Positions 36,301-57,002 are shown, numbered from the stretch's first letter. The stretch: DNA of 64,000 nt from Tubiluchus corallicola (GCA_030141605.1 JAQGDQ010000015.1:1240001-1304000), one strand, 5' to 3'. Numbers and translations: made by a program. The notes: generated from the letters alone by a model not told the origin.

Positions 36301-39300
36301 AAGAGAGACAATTTCAAAGGGAATTAGTTCCCTATCCTACTGTCCTATAAGAATGACCGAGAAAAATATCCACCTATTTTTAGAAAAAATCATTTGTAAA
36401 CAATCTAACGAAATGTTATGAGAATAAAGGCTAGTTATAATAAATAACTGCATGAGATTTAAGGATATTTCGCTATTGCAAAATGTAAAAAAAAGAAACA
36501 CAAGTGAACTCCGCAAAAGCAATAGTATCTGCAATTAGATGTATTATAGCCATATTTGCATAGGAACTTGCACGTGTGTTTGCCAAACAAAATGTAATTA
36601 TAATAGAAATGGCAATGCAAATAGCATAACAATGACTATAATTAAGCCTGAGGAGAACTGGTTAAATGACTCAGACATTCCATGACAATAGAACTAACAT
36701 GACCCTGAGCCTGTCTTGGAACAATGATATTGCCCTTATTCTAAAAGTTATCTCGATTAAGGAAATTTCGCCACAGTATAATATATAGGATTTGTTGTGA
36801 AGTGGCTCTTCAGGGCATCCATTTTCTAGCTGATGTCGTTTATTGTTCTGCTGTTGCTGTCAAGTGTCATCCGAATACCATAAGTGAATTGTATCTAAAT
36901 GTGGTAAAAGTCAAACAATTAGCAGAAGATCAAATTATCTTGAAGTATGTTTTATGAATACTTGTACAATATTTTATAAAAAAATACATCAGTGACGGAG
37001 ATGTATACTACAAAGAAAAATATATCATTGGTAAAATGCTAAAACAGCATAAGTATGACAAGCAATGCTTTCCCTTTCTTTACTTTGGGTTTTTGGGACA
37101 TATCAAGAAAAATGAGACTGAATTATTCTTCTCAAAAATTTCACGAGAACATTAAGATTTTATTAGCCATAGCTGCATTGCGTTCGTCAACCGCTGTTTT
37201 TAAAGCGTTCAAAGTAAACACATGCCACAGGATATACCAAGAAAGAGTGCATCTAGCCAATTTATAAGTGCGACTAATTTATTCTGGTAGGTTAGGTGTG
37301 ATTTGCTAATAATGTCAGAACAATTTACCGAAATATATAAAGAAACGAGACCGTCTTACGACAAGAATTTTGTGTAATTTTTGTCTTATTGTTACTCCTG
37401 TATTTTTCTTTTCTAAAAATCATCAAAGCAATATGTACTTCTTAGCTAATCAGTCTTTCTAACAATCACCTTTAACTTCACAGGAAAGAGATTACCGTTA
37501 GGTCTCCTTACGGTTACTTAGAATAGTGAATTATGCTGGCTCAAAGCAATAATGGAACACAATTAATTAAATCTATACACTCAGTGCAAGTTTTGATTAG
37601 CTAGCAGGCCGACAAACTGTGCGTGTAGCTGAAATCTGCTCATAGTCGGGACAATTTTTTCCGTCTTGCATTCCAGGCACAAAATTATAATTAATAGGCT
37701 GGAGCTAAGATTGTAGAATTTCGCTGTAATATCTCCATTTGCTGATAACATGCATTGCTGATTACTATTGCTCTATGATTCGGGGTCGGGAACTTTGATC
37801 CCGAACCTAGAACACCCTTAGCAAATGTCCACAAAAGTGTGTGCCTTAGTAATTACCTACTACAAGACACAGCACAAGGCTGTCTCGAAACCACAAACAC
37901 AGAATGCATCCAAGTTAAGATAAAAAATAACTAATATGAAAAAAACTCATATTTGTACTATTTCGTGTGCTCTAATGAACACCAGTTTTCATATCTACTC
38001 CTTCTACATTCCAAACAGTCTGACTTTTGCTTTTAATACAGCAAGAAATTACTTACAAATTGTATCATTCGTTCAAATTAGCGGTCCATTAGAATTTATT
38101 CTGTGTCATTGCTTCTTACACAATTGCTTTCGCAAAGTTGGTGTAACAGATCGGTTGAACAAGCGCTTCTCCACTTTCTCTCATTCCCTGTTATCATTGG
38201 GTTGTATTCCTCTTGCTGTCGTGATGAAAGCGGAGGGATTAAGTCATACACCTTTTAGCCACCTTTTGGATACTACGTTCTCCCAATGACATCGTCTTCT
38301 GTTCACTGTGCCTCAATGTCATTGTTGTCATCAGAGTGTGGTATACAACTGCAAACTGGTCAGCAAGCTAAAATGATAATGATAAGGTTAGGTTTCGATG
38401 GTGTGTTCTGTGTTTAATTTCTGAAATATAGTTTACAATTTTCTATTCTGTTACGAACTTAGGCGATTTCTATTGTTAGTAACTCTGTAATTTGTAAATG
38501 ACAAAGTGAAATAACGAATAAGCGAATACATTTAAAAAATGTTCAATTTAATACGGATTTGCAGGTGGTGCGAGTCAGGATGCTGTCTCCATTTAGGAAA
38601 GGAAACGAGATATAAGGTAACAACGTTTGTTCTTTACTCCTATATCTAGCATCTAAAAATACAAAAACAGAAAAGTGTCACTGCAAATGCATTATTTCAT
38701 GGCAGAAGCACATGTACGATTGTTCGATATTTGTGTCCAGCAAAACTTAATTTCATCAACAAATCGTGCGTAATTGCACAATAATTGTAGAGCCTTTTCA
38801 CACAAAAGGTCGATTAAATTACTAATTCTCTACTCAGAAAATTTGACGTCAAATTTCAGTCAAGGATGACCATAAAAGTGTCTTGCCAAGGGCGACAGCA
38901 CGTGTGTATTAAGGTAATTATTTGAACGCCACACCTTAACTCACGACTGTAAGCTATAAACCGGATGTCCTGGTTCAAATTTCCTTTGCAGCAATCAAAT
39001 GAGGCTCTTCGTCAGCTTCAGTTTTAAACTGAAATGGTTATCACACCACCAAAGTTTATCTTATCAAGCCTACTACAGAAAACGTTAAATTTTATTTTTT
39101 ATTCTAAACTAATTTGCTGATCTAGTTTTATGGTTTGCTGCCAGTTTGCATGTGCTTTTAGTTCTTTAATATAATTTCACTATTATATTTTTAGTGTTCA
39201 AAATCGCGTTGATACGTATAGGAAAAAATAAGTATTAATAAGCTGTAAGATTCAGTGATTTAGTAATTGACGGTGCTATCATTCTGTCTTCAGAATTAAA

Positions 39301-39303
39301 AAA

Positions 39304-47537
<8,234 letters not shown>

Positions 47538-48339
47538 TTAGTGGTTCCAGTATAAGTCAACTATTATTAAAGATAAAACTTGAGGAGTTTCATTAAACAA
47601 ATGAAAAAAAGAGATTTCCGATACCATCTTGAAAGATCTGTGCGTCTACACGTACCGCAAATAAGCTTAACATGTATTTTTATGTTACTGCGCCTTTGCA
47701 TGAGCTTCAATTGAAAACTGAGTGTAATTTTTGTGCAATGATTAAGTAGTATGTTTATTATTCAGTAATTACTGGTGCAATAATAAGTGCATGCTTCCAT
47801 GTGCGCAAACCTCTAAAGCTTGTGACGTCTTACCATATTTTTTTATGAGATTTCAGACTTTTGCAAGAGCAATCTTCACAGTATTATTTTGGAAAGTCTA
47901 TAGATTTTACAATAGCGACAAAGTGAAACAATAGGCATATGTAAAGAGAAATTATTGACTAAATAAATATCTGAGTGAGTCCGGAAGTTTCCACAGTTGA
48001 TTTTAATGACGTAATACAATTACTAGATGGTGATATTGATACGATAGGCCTACTCGGTTATGATACTGCTTTTTTGTTTTTGCTCGTCATCTAATGTACA
48101 AAATAGTTGTAGCTATATGTAGCGCATTTGAATGACTATATCAAGTAATGGTACACTGTGTAATGTTTTTCTACAAATCAGTCAATTTAACGAATAAATT
48201 CTTTAGTAATTTAATTAGCACCACAAATGTTTTGTTACAATACCTCTATAATAATATTTTTTGCAAGAAAAACATTTGTTTTACAACTACCTTCAAATTT
48301 GTACTTGATAAATTAATGTGTATATTCATTACCATGATA

Positions 48340-48720
48340 CAGTAGTAGAACAGCTGCAGCGGCAGTGTAAGCCGCAACAACAGCAGCAGCAATTAATACA
48401 GAATGATTGCAGCAAAGAGTAACAGTAGAAGGTAGTGCAACAGCAACAACAGAAGGCTAACAACAACAACTACAACAGCAGCAGCTGTAATAGATATAGC
48501 AAAGCGATACAGCAGCAGCATTAACAACCAGAGCATCAATAGCAGCGCAGCAATAACTATAACGACAGTAGCAGCAGCAGCAACAACGACAACAACAGCA
48601 ACAACAAAAACGGCAGTAAAACAACAACAGCAGCATTAACAACACCAACAGCAGCCGCAACAGAAGCAGCAACAACAGCAGTAGCAACAGAAGCAGCAAC
48701 AACAACAGCAGCAACAACTG
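48340..48720. repeat. (CAA/CAG)n degenerate trinucleotide tract
   Basis: Direct reading; it is the source of the spurious poly-L/poly-C ORFs. Confidence 0.92.
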
Positions 48721-49766
48721 TTATGTTATAGGTTGATCTGTTAGATGACGTCACTTTCACGTTAGGTCCACGTGTGAACTTTGAATTCAGTTGTTCATGC
48801 TACTAAATTCCTATTTTGTTAGGCCCATGTTAGAAGTTAAGCTGTTGAACAACAACAGTAATTAAAACTTATTTCTGAGAAACACTTTTTCTAAGAAACA
48901 GACATAAACCAACATTATCGTGCAATATATTTCGCAAGTGATACATGAAAAATGTTTACAATTATTGCTGATCTTAATTTACATTCGTATTTAATTCAAT
49001 AATTGACGTACTAATTGATCTGACTAGTCCTGATGGAGTTGACAGCTACAAGCAACTGATGAAGCAAACAACATATTCAAGGTCGGTTTCTTCTAAAGCA
49101 CACCAAGCGTTCTGTGAATATAGTGTTGTAATTATATTAAGTTCAAGGACTACTATACGACAAGAAATTTATCTCAGCTGTTATAACGTGCAATATAGTT
49201 GCAAATAGATGGCCTTTTTTACTAAATTTTAACATCAAATCTCGCTTCTTCTAAGGTATAATCACGAAAGTTTGTATGGTATTATCATTCTAACCATTCT
49301 GATTCAAACCATTTTTGTAATAAATTAGTCTTTCCTGATCATTTAATAAAGTGGGAAATTAGGTAAGCTGTACACATAATATGTCAAATAAATTCAAATA
49401 AGCATCAAGAAAATTAGGCAAATTGTACACATAATATGGCAGAATTCCTACGAATCTTATAAAGAACCAGAACTAATACTCACTTGAAGTATTAGAAAAT
49501 CTTGTGCTTTGCAAATAAAATGATTACAGTAACAATGATATTAAATTTCATTGCTAGTTTATGTGTTTCATTGCTAAAATATCTGGCATCTATTATAATA
49601 TGGGAAATGAAGCAAGAAGTGAAAATACAACAAAATACTTGTAGATAACAGATAGGGAATAATAATATAGGTAAATAGTAACAAAAATGGGTAATAAGAT
49701 AGACCCTGTTCACAACAATAATATCCTCGTGTAGAATTCTGTGGAACTGTATATGTAAAAGCTCAC

Positions 49767-50550
49767 CATGCCAAGTGCAGTGATATTAAAACCGGCATCT
49801 CTGATACAAGTTATTATTCGACCACAAGCACCTAAGAAAACATAGAATTACTATTATATAAAAAAGACAACATGAAATCAATACGATTTGAAAAGAACTT
49901 TTTTGTTTTTCATAATAGGTAACATTATTGTAATTAAATAGAAAAAATGAGCAAAACAAAGGCAGAGAAAAATATACACAGTCAGACAAATATAAAGAGA
50001 GAGAGAGGGAGAAGACATAAATTTAGATAGACAGAGAGAAAGAGAGAGGGATATAGAAAGAGAGAGAGAGATGTAGCACTTGATCACAATTTAGGAATCA
50101 CTAAATGGTAAATCAGATACCTAAATTTTTAATAATATTGTAGAATTAAGCAAAAGTTTAAAGGCACTTTTCAGCTAACCACATTTTTTACTAAATTGTA
50201 GTCGTAAAAACTTTTTGATAAGCAAACATGAGATCTCCCTAAAGCTTTTTAGACCTGCACTAGAAATAAAAGGTTAAAGCTTAATGCAAATAAAAATCAA
50301 AGAGCTCACAAAAATAATAACCAAATTATGACTTGCAGTAGTTAAAAGACCAATTTAAAAACAACACATACAAAAATTCATGCAAAAACTGGATTTGCTA
50401 ATAATTTTTATAGCCAAAATTCAATTAATTTACCAGACAATACTTACCAGACAGCAACATATGAGGTTTAATTATGCAGAGTGTAAAATGCTGGAATTGA
50501 GCTGTATTCCTTAAACGACCAAATTTTCTTCCGAAGAAAATGTCTATCTC
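49767..50550 (-). pseudogene. NME7: Two NME7-like (nucleoside diphosphate kinase 7) internal exons carried inside the transposon
   Basis: GT-AG exons 50550-50448 and 49831-49767 splice in phase 1 to EIDIFFGRKFGRLRNTAQFQHFTLCIIKPHMLLSGACGRIITCIRDAGFNITALGM. This aligns with the NME7 linker/second NDK-domain start recalled as EMELFF...NTAKFTNCTCCIVKPHAVSEGLLGKILMAIRDAGFEISAMQM. Confidence 0.85.
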
Positions 50551-51599
50551 CTAAAATTCACTATTACTCATATTATACAGGTTTCAATGGCTTTACTTAT
50601 AGTTACATTGGGGCATATTCATTCAAGCAGTTTATATAGCAGCAGCAAATGCATTAAATCTGGTAAAAGTGATACCAAAATAGTTCTTAAAAAAGCCACA
50701 CCAAAACAGCAACAAGTGGCCTTAATGAAAGGCGGTTCTATTATATGCCAGCAGAATGAGAATCACTTATTTGTCTTCATAAGACAGTCAAGTCACAACA
50801 ATGAATACATAATAATTTACAAAATCAAAGGACGAAGGGATGGTGAAAGACACAATGGTCATCTAGACAGCAAATCTAGCTAGCCAGTTAATTTCAACTG
50901 CAAATTTAAAATTTTAATTTAAGCCAGACTACCTCATTTTGGACTTTGTTTTTTATTGATTTTATTGCTTATTGTTGAAAAATCTGGTCATGTCTATATA
51001 GTCACCTAAATGGGTTTGAAATGTGCGACATTTTACTTTTGGATACATCATGTGAACTGACACCTTCACTGAACAATCATATACATTCCATATATGTGTA
51101 TGCCCTAGGCATATTTTAAGGTAAAGAATATTTTAACTCTTATTAACATTCTGAGCACAAGACACGAGAGGAATCTATACAAGATATGGTGCTGCATTTT
51201 TGGTGCAGCACACAATAAGAGTGAATGATGCAGTGCATTTAATGTCAAAGTAGTTGTTAAGTTTGCGGTGCCATTATACAGTCAGAACCATCACACCGAC
51301 CTGTCTCAAGATAGTTATACACAAATAAAATCATCGCAAGTAGAAGTTGTTCATGGGTAAATCATTCTTCCTACTTGCTACAGTAAGACTAAAAACAAAG
51401 CTTGAAAGAAACTATTACATTATTGTGTTTACAAATTCTTTGCTGCAACCCAATTTCATAAAATTTAAGATACATATGGCAATACCAAAATATTTTATGG
51501 AAAGTGCTTTTGACTTTTGCCTCTTAATAATTTGCTAGAAATCTACCAAACCCAAACACTGTGCACAAATTTAGTTTGCCAATTACTATATATATATAT

Positions 51600-54500
51600 C
51601 AAGGACTACTATACAACAGGACGTGCACGCTCAGATCTCTGACTGTGCTAGCGGAGGCGATCAATACTTGTATGAACGTAATCTAGAAATAGTGCGCTTT
51701 AGAGAGTAGTGATCTTGGAAATTAAAGAATGGGCGGATCGGTAGATAGCGAGAATTATTTTTCATTTAATTGGTTCTTTACATTACGGGAGAAAAGTACC
51801 AATTGTTTATTTTATGTATCAAAGGAAATTAGTGTTCATTTTTACTTCTTAAATAGCGCACTACTTTAGGCGTAAGTGTGGTTTACCGGAAGTAGTGCTT
51901 TGTCATTGTTAATGTGTCTGCTTGTGTTTGTTTCTTTGTGGATTATTTTCAAAATTTCTGGTGGATTTTATACATCTGTGCTCAGCAGCATGCCTAACAA
52001 GTGTGGTGTTGTTAAATGCAAAGGTAACTATGACACGGAGAACAAGTGTCGTGTGTTCAGACTGCCAAGAGATCATGTAGAAAAACAGAAATGGCTAAGT
52101 GTTCTTCCCCCACGCGAAGGCTTTGTTGTTGATCCAACGAAATTTTTCATTTGCGAAAAGCATTGGCTATCGGATACTCAAATGGTCAAAATTCCAGGTG
52201 GTCACACCAGGCCAGTGGATCCACCCAGTTTTTTCAACGTTCCAACATCATGCTTGCCCACTCCAAAGCCACCACCTCGCCCTCCAAAAACTGAGGACCA
52301 GCAGCTGAATTATTTCTTTAAAAAGGATAAAATAACTTCTCTCAATGAATTCACTCCTGAGAAAGACCTGCATAAGACGTATCAGAACCTCATTATATCT
52401 CGCACACAAGACAAATTTGTGTGCATGTTCATGGAAGAGGACCACAGTCAATGTTATATGTCAATTATTGTTCACAATAAGCCTACCTTGTGTTCCCCTC
52501 TTACTCTGTATGCTTTCAAAAACGGGATCAGTGTGCCATTAAGTAAAATCCTCAGTCCGAACAATGGGCTGTCCTCTTACTCACAATTTTTCGCGGTTGT
52601 GAATTCTGTTGTCAACCACATTCATCATGTTGATGATATTGTCAACAAAGTGACAAAGTCTCTTGAACTTGAACTAGCTCAAAATCGAGAACAATCTCTT
52701 AGTGTTAATGCTAAAGCCAAGAAGCTCAAATTTCTAACACGACAGCTTCGACTATTATGTGATAAGACTTTCACAGTGTCTGATTATTGCTTTGCAATAG
52801 AGTCGTTTCCCCATTGCAATTACGAACAACTGCGTGACTTTTTAGTGTTACCCAGCAATAGAAAGCTGCAGTCAGTTATTTCATCGACAGATATTGACAA
52901 GGTGCTAGGTAAAACATTTCAGAAAGTGAAAAGCTCTGAGCAGAAACACTGTATGCTATTGGTGGATGAAGTGAAAATACGCCCAACAGTGGCTTTTTCA
53001 GGGGGTGTGCTAAATGGCATGGCAAAAAATGAGCCAGACAGTAAAGCTACATCAATGCTATGTGTGATGGCTAAATGTCTACATGGTGGCCCCAGCGTGA
53101 TGATATCAGTGACCCCCGTTCACAAGCTGACTGCTGCATATCAATTCTCTGTCGTGAAGGAGGCTGCTACAGTGGTTGAGAATTCGGGAGGAACTGTTTT
53201 AGGGTCCATGACGGACAACCACAAGATCAACCAACAATACTGCAAATTGTTTACCAGACGAACAGACTGGGAGGCTGAACATCCCCTGGAAAATACACGA
53301 GTGTGGTTCCTGTTGTATGATACCGTCCACATTCTGAAATGTATCAGGAACAACTGGATCACGGAGAAATGTCAGAGATTATCGTTTGACAAGAAAACTG
53401 TTGGCTCATTTGCTGAAGTAAAAAGTCTTTACAAAGCTGAGAAAGACTATGTGCTCAAGTCAACACCTTTCACATATTCTGCAGTCTTCCCATCGAAACT
53501 TCAGCTCCAGAATGTGCAACATGTCCTGAGGGTGTTCAACGATCGTGTCGTTGCATCGCTGAGACTTCGAGGAGCCCAGGACACTGCAGAATTCATTCAG
53601 CAAGTGCTACGCTGGTGGAATGTGGTAAATGTTTCTGCCAGAGGTCAAGACACGAGGATGAGAGACCCTGATCGATCTGCTCAACAAGATACATCTGATA
53701 CTCTTCAGTCGTTGTTGACTCTGTTTAAGCAAACCGAATCAGGACACGGACCAAATAGAATTGAATGCCTGACACATGATACGCGAAAAGCTTTGATTCA
53801 GACCACGGAGGGACTCCTCGCAATCTGTAGGCACTTGTTTTCTGTTGGATTTCACTGCGTATTATTGCGTGAGCTTCAGAGTGACAGAATAGAGGGTGAG
53901 TTCTTAGTTTACAGGCAGTCAAGGGGGGCCAATGCATTCATGCAAGCTGGAGATGTCTGTTCAGCATTCAAGCGGAGACTGGCGTGTTTCTCTGCATCAT
54001 TCCTGGAGTTTGTGGACACAGACACATCATCCGAAAGCCAGTTGCACACATGCAATGGGATTGATTTCGAGGATGCCAAAATTATGGAGATTTGTGTTGA
54101 CGAGACTCTTTCCAAAACTGAACTGAACGCGTGTGCATATGTCGCAGGTTGGTTGGAGAGTAAGTGCCAAAATGACATTTCTTTTCCCGAGGATGAGCCT
54201 CTCCTTTCTGAGGAAATGAAAATGTTCATTGAAGAAGTGTCTAAGGGAGGTCTTACAGTGCCCCACACATTCACGTTCGAATTCGTAACAACTGGCTTGT
54301 GTTTTGTGAAGAAGTCAACTCACACAGTCTGCTGCCGCAACAAGCTCATGAACATCCTCTCCATAATTAATGCCTACTTTGATTTTGGAGAATTTTCAAG
54401 AAATGCTCTGAGACGCCTGGCGAATGTACTGCTGCATGGACTACACAATTTGGAGAAGGATCACCAGCAGAACTCAGCCCTTTACCAGACCTCCATTAAG

Positions 54501-54907
54501 AAGGCGCGACTAGCCGACTAATTGTCGCAAACATCTCTGCAAAATGGTGAGTGCAATAATTTCATGTATTCTAATTTACACAGAGGAACCTATGAATGAG
54601 TTTATATAGTCCTGACAAAATGGTGCAGTCTGTTTATTCTCTATAGAAAGTGACAGGTAATCTTCGGGACACAATGAGTTGCAGATATGGTGTGTTTTTT
54701 TTTGGGGGGGGGGGGATATCATAGGTACCACTGTTTTTAAATTACTAGATGAATGAGGAATATGTTCTATGTGTATTGTGGCATGCTATAGGTCACCATT
54801 GGGGGTAAATATGTCCAAATTATTAGCACTAAATGTTAAAAATAGATCGCCTCCGCTAGCCGAATCAGAGATTTCAGCGTGCACGTCCTGTAGTATAGTA
54901 GTCCTTG
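51600..54907 (+). mobile_element. Core autonomous P-element/THAP transposon with 63-bp TIRs
   Basis: 51600-51662 versus the reverse complement of 54845-54907: 57/63 identical. The inner left end is preceded by (AT)n and has no matching TSD. Confidence 0.93.
51990..54521 (+). CDS. P-element/THAP9-like transposase, intact and intronless, 843 aa from ATG 51990
   Basis: THAP zinc finger MPNKCGVVKC...FRLP...W...ICEKHW; catalytic motifs LLVDEV, SMTDN, YDTVHILKCIRNNW (D(2)H) and LQSDRIEGEF; C-terminal AYVAGWL and SKGGLTVP. Confidence 0.95.
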   Translation: MPNKCGVVKCKGNYDTENKCRVFRLPRDHVEKQKWLSVLPPREGFVVDPTKFFICEKHWLSDTQMVKIPGGHTRPVDPPSFFNVPTSCLPTPKPPPRPPKTEDQQLNYFFKKDKITSLNEFTPEKDLHKTYQNLIISRTQDKFVCMFMEEDHSQCYMSIIVHNKPTLCSPLTLYAFKNGISVPLSKILSPNNGLSSYSQFFAVVNSVVNHIHHVDDIVNKVTKSLELELAQNREQSLSVNAKAKKLKFLTRQLRLLCDKTFTVSDYCFAIESFPHCNYEQLRDFLVLPSNRKLQSVISSTDIDKVLGKTFQKVKSSEQKHCMLLVDEVKIRPTVAFSGGVLNGMAKNEPDSKATSMLCVMAKCLHGGPSVMISVTPVHKLTAAYQFSVVKEAATVVENSGGTVLGSMTDNHKINQQYCKLFTRRTDWEAEHPLENTRVWFLLYDTVHILKCIRNNWITEKCQRLSFDKKTVGSFAEVKSLYKAEKDYVLKSTPFTYSAVFPSKLQLQNVQHVLRVFNDRVVASLRLRGAQDTAEFIQQVLRWWNVVNVSARGQDTRMRDPDRSAQQDTSDTLQSLLTLFKQTESGHGPNRIECLTHDTRKALIQTTEGLLAICRHLFSVGFHCVLLRELQSDRIEGEFLVYRQSRGANAFMQAGDVCSAFKRRLACFSASFLEFVDTDTSSESQLHTCNGIDFEDAKIMEICVDETLSKTELNACAYVAGWLESKCQNDISFPEDEPLLSEEMKMFIEEVSKGGLTVPHTFTFEFVTTGLCFVKKSTHTVCCRNKLMNILSIINAYFDFGEFSRNALRRLANVLLHGLHNLEKDHQQNSALYQTSIKKARLAD

Positions 54908-56564
54908 ATTAAGTTGTAATTATATTATAGTATATTAAGCTACACAAAAAAACTAATGAAAAACAAGAAAGTGCAGTCAGTCAATTTCGCTTTAATTATT
55001 ATTACAGCATTATCACATATTATTGTGCATGTTTAATTTAGTGAGTTTTAAAAAATATTATGAGAACTAGGAAATTATAGTGAGTCGTTAAAAATTTAAT
55101 AAATGAATATTAAAAATAGGAACAACATTAAATTTTATTGGTGCCCATACGTTTCGTAATCAAGTGTCCTGTGTCCCATATGTAACGTACACCTCCCAGG
55201 CAAGCTACGCTTTGGCACCCTTACATATCTGTAAAATGGGAAACAGAAGAGCTTCTATATCATTGGGCTTTGGCTATGACGTGTTAGTATCATTATTACC
55301 TGCTGGTGTGTAGTTACAATGTAATTGTAAACGTTTATGTCTATACTGGTATATGGGCAAACAATAATAGAGGCTGCACAACTGTTTGTGGTGTACTATA
55401 CTTGATCTATACCTGTAACATATATCTATTGTGTACTAACTTATATTATATATATATATATATATACTTGTTGTATAGCACGTATGTAAAAATAGAGTCA
55501 ATAAGTGCCCAAGTTAACAGATTGGATAAGTTGGATTAGCTTATAACGTCAAGGTTAACCTCAAATCTAATGAACTTTCTCCCAATGAATTAAAGAATAT
55601 TTGTAAAAGAGAGCTACATAGTTCTTTTCCTTGACTTTATATTGGTAAATGGTTGTATATTGTATAATTCGTTATACCAAGTTTTAGCGAGCTCATTTTT
55701 TATTAGCAAAGTTGCCAAAAAATTAACCTGTTTTGCGTTATAGTCTATCGTAAGGATATTATGCACATTCAGCGGTTTTCAACGCTTCACGGTTCTTTAC
55801 ATTCCAAAAATTACTTTTTCAGGAAGAACAAAATGCAATCATATTACGTTATTACTTTTTAGGATCTTAAAGAATTTTCGAGATCCAGGAACCCTTTCAG
55901 GAAATACGATTTAAATTCATTACGTAAAATACAGTGCACAGAGTGAACTTTTCTGCGTCCCCTAAGTCTGCTAACTTGCCAACAGGAATTAAATACTTTT
56001 GCACATAACATGAACGTATTTCCATTTTGTTGTAAATTCACCATTGTCCAACGTCACTAACACAATTCCTACTTCCACGATTTGAATGAAGAAATGTTGC
56101 ACAGCAGTCTGAACGTTCACATCCATTCAGTAATGCAATCCTTTAACATGGAGTAAATAAAGAAACTGCGTCTCTCATATGGTGGGAGCTTGCAGAGAGC
56201 CACTTCCGTCGACACAGCCGCCCTAGCAATGAATCATACCGAAGGTGATAAGGCTGTGTATATGGTATACACAGTTTCAATTTAGCAAAAGCGCTTACCC
56301 TAACAAGGTGGAGGAACAGTGTATAAAAGATACTTGGATATTTATATGGAATGTTTTAGGATGAGCACGAATCAAAATGGCTCAATTTAGGCCCTAACAA
56401 TAAACAACATTTTTAAACAGTAATCGCGAAAACGGGCAGAGAAAACGTTGGTACATTATCGTGGTTGTCTTTTTTAGTCAGACGTGCGTTCTTTGGCGAT
56501 AATAAGTTTAGGCCTATTACCGAAATTAACTTATTTCCGTGCTGGTGTACAGACATTTTGACAT

Positions 56565-56945
56565 AAATATTTGGACACAGGACGATACAGTGGGCCATAG
56601 AGGTTATTTAGACGCTAAGTACTTTAGACACAGGGGATAGTTGGACGAAAGTTATTATGGACGTATACGAAATTTGGATGCAAGGTATTTTGGACACATT
56701 ACTTGAACAAACAGGTATTTGAACACAAATTCTTTTGGACACGTAGGCACTTTGGGCACAAAGCTATTTGAACACAGGCCATTTCATTCAGACACAAGAT
56801 GATTTGGACACATAGGTCATTTGAATACATAGGCTATTTGCACTCATAAGCCATAAGGACACCAGGCGCTTTGGACGTATAGATCATTTGGATGCACATA
56901 TGTCATTATGCACAAGAATTGGGACACTTTGCATTTAGACACGCG
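56565..56945. repeat. Degenerate ~21-bp tandem array with TTGGACAC core
   Basis: Repeated ttggacac/ttgaacac/ttagacac at ~21-bp spacing; the opposite-strand version (gtgtccaa) is at 60220-60440. Confidence 0.8.
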
Positions 56946-57002
56946 TAGCCTATTTTTCGCTGTCTAACGTTGGGGAATCCATATTGGAAGAGGCATCAAT
57001 GA

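Larger units (their letters stand above)
49144..54907 (+). mobile_element. Compound P-element-superfamily transposon (5764 bp) with 8-bp TSD and captured host DNA
   Basis: ATTAAGTT (49136-49143)|CAAGGACTACTATACGACAAG ... CCTGTAGTATAGTAGTCCTTG|ATTAAGTT (54908-54915). The outer ends match 19/21 as inverted repeats. An 8-bp TSD and CA..TG termini are typical of P elements. Confidence 0.88.

Noticed and set aside
48457-48760. Poly-Leu/Cys/Val ORFs, and similar SLSLSL/ERERER ORFs at 10085, 22644, 45435 and 61249-62028
   Set aside because: These are translations of microsatellite or low-complexity DNA.
49030-49115. Minus-strand NAWCALEETDLEYVVCF as the NME7 last exon outside the TSD
   Set aside because: It lacks the conserved NAVHCTDL motif and the resemblance is too weak. 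It should still be rechecked by TBLASTN because it would affect the capture model.
49438-49466. Plus-strand EF/YESYK resembling NME7 EFYEVYK
   Set aside because: Wrong strand relative to the exons, needs a frameshift, and is too short.
51876-51989. Hydrophobic N-terminal extension on the transposase ORF
   Set aside because: It starts at GTG in T-rich leader sequence; THAP domains normally begin at the N-terminus, so ATG 51990 (MPNKC) is the likely start.
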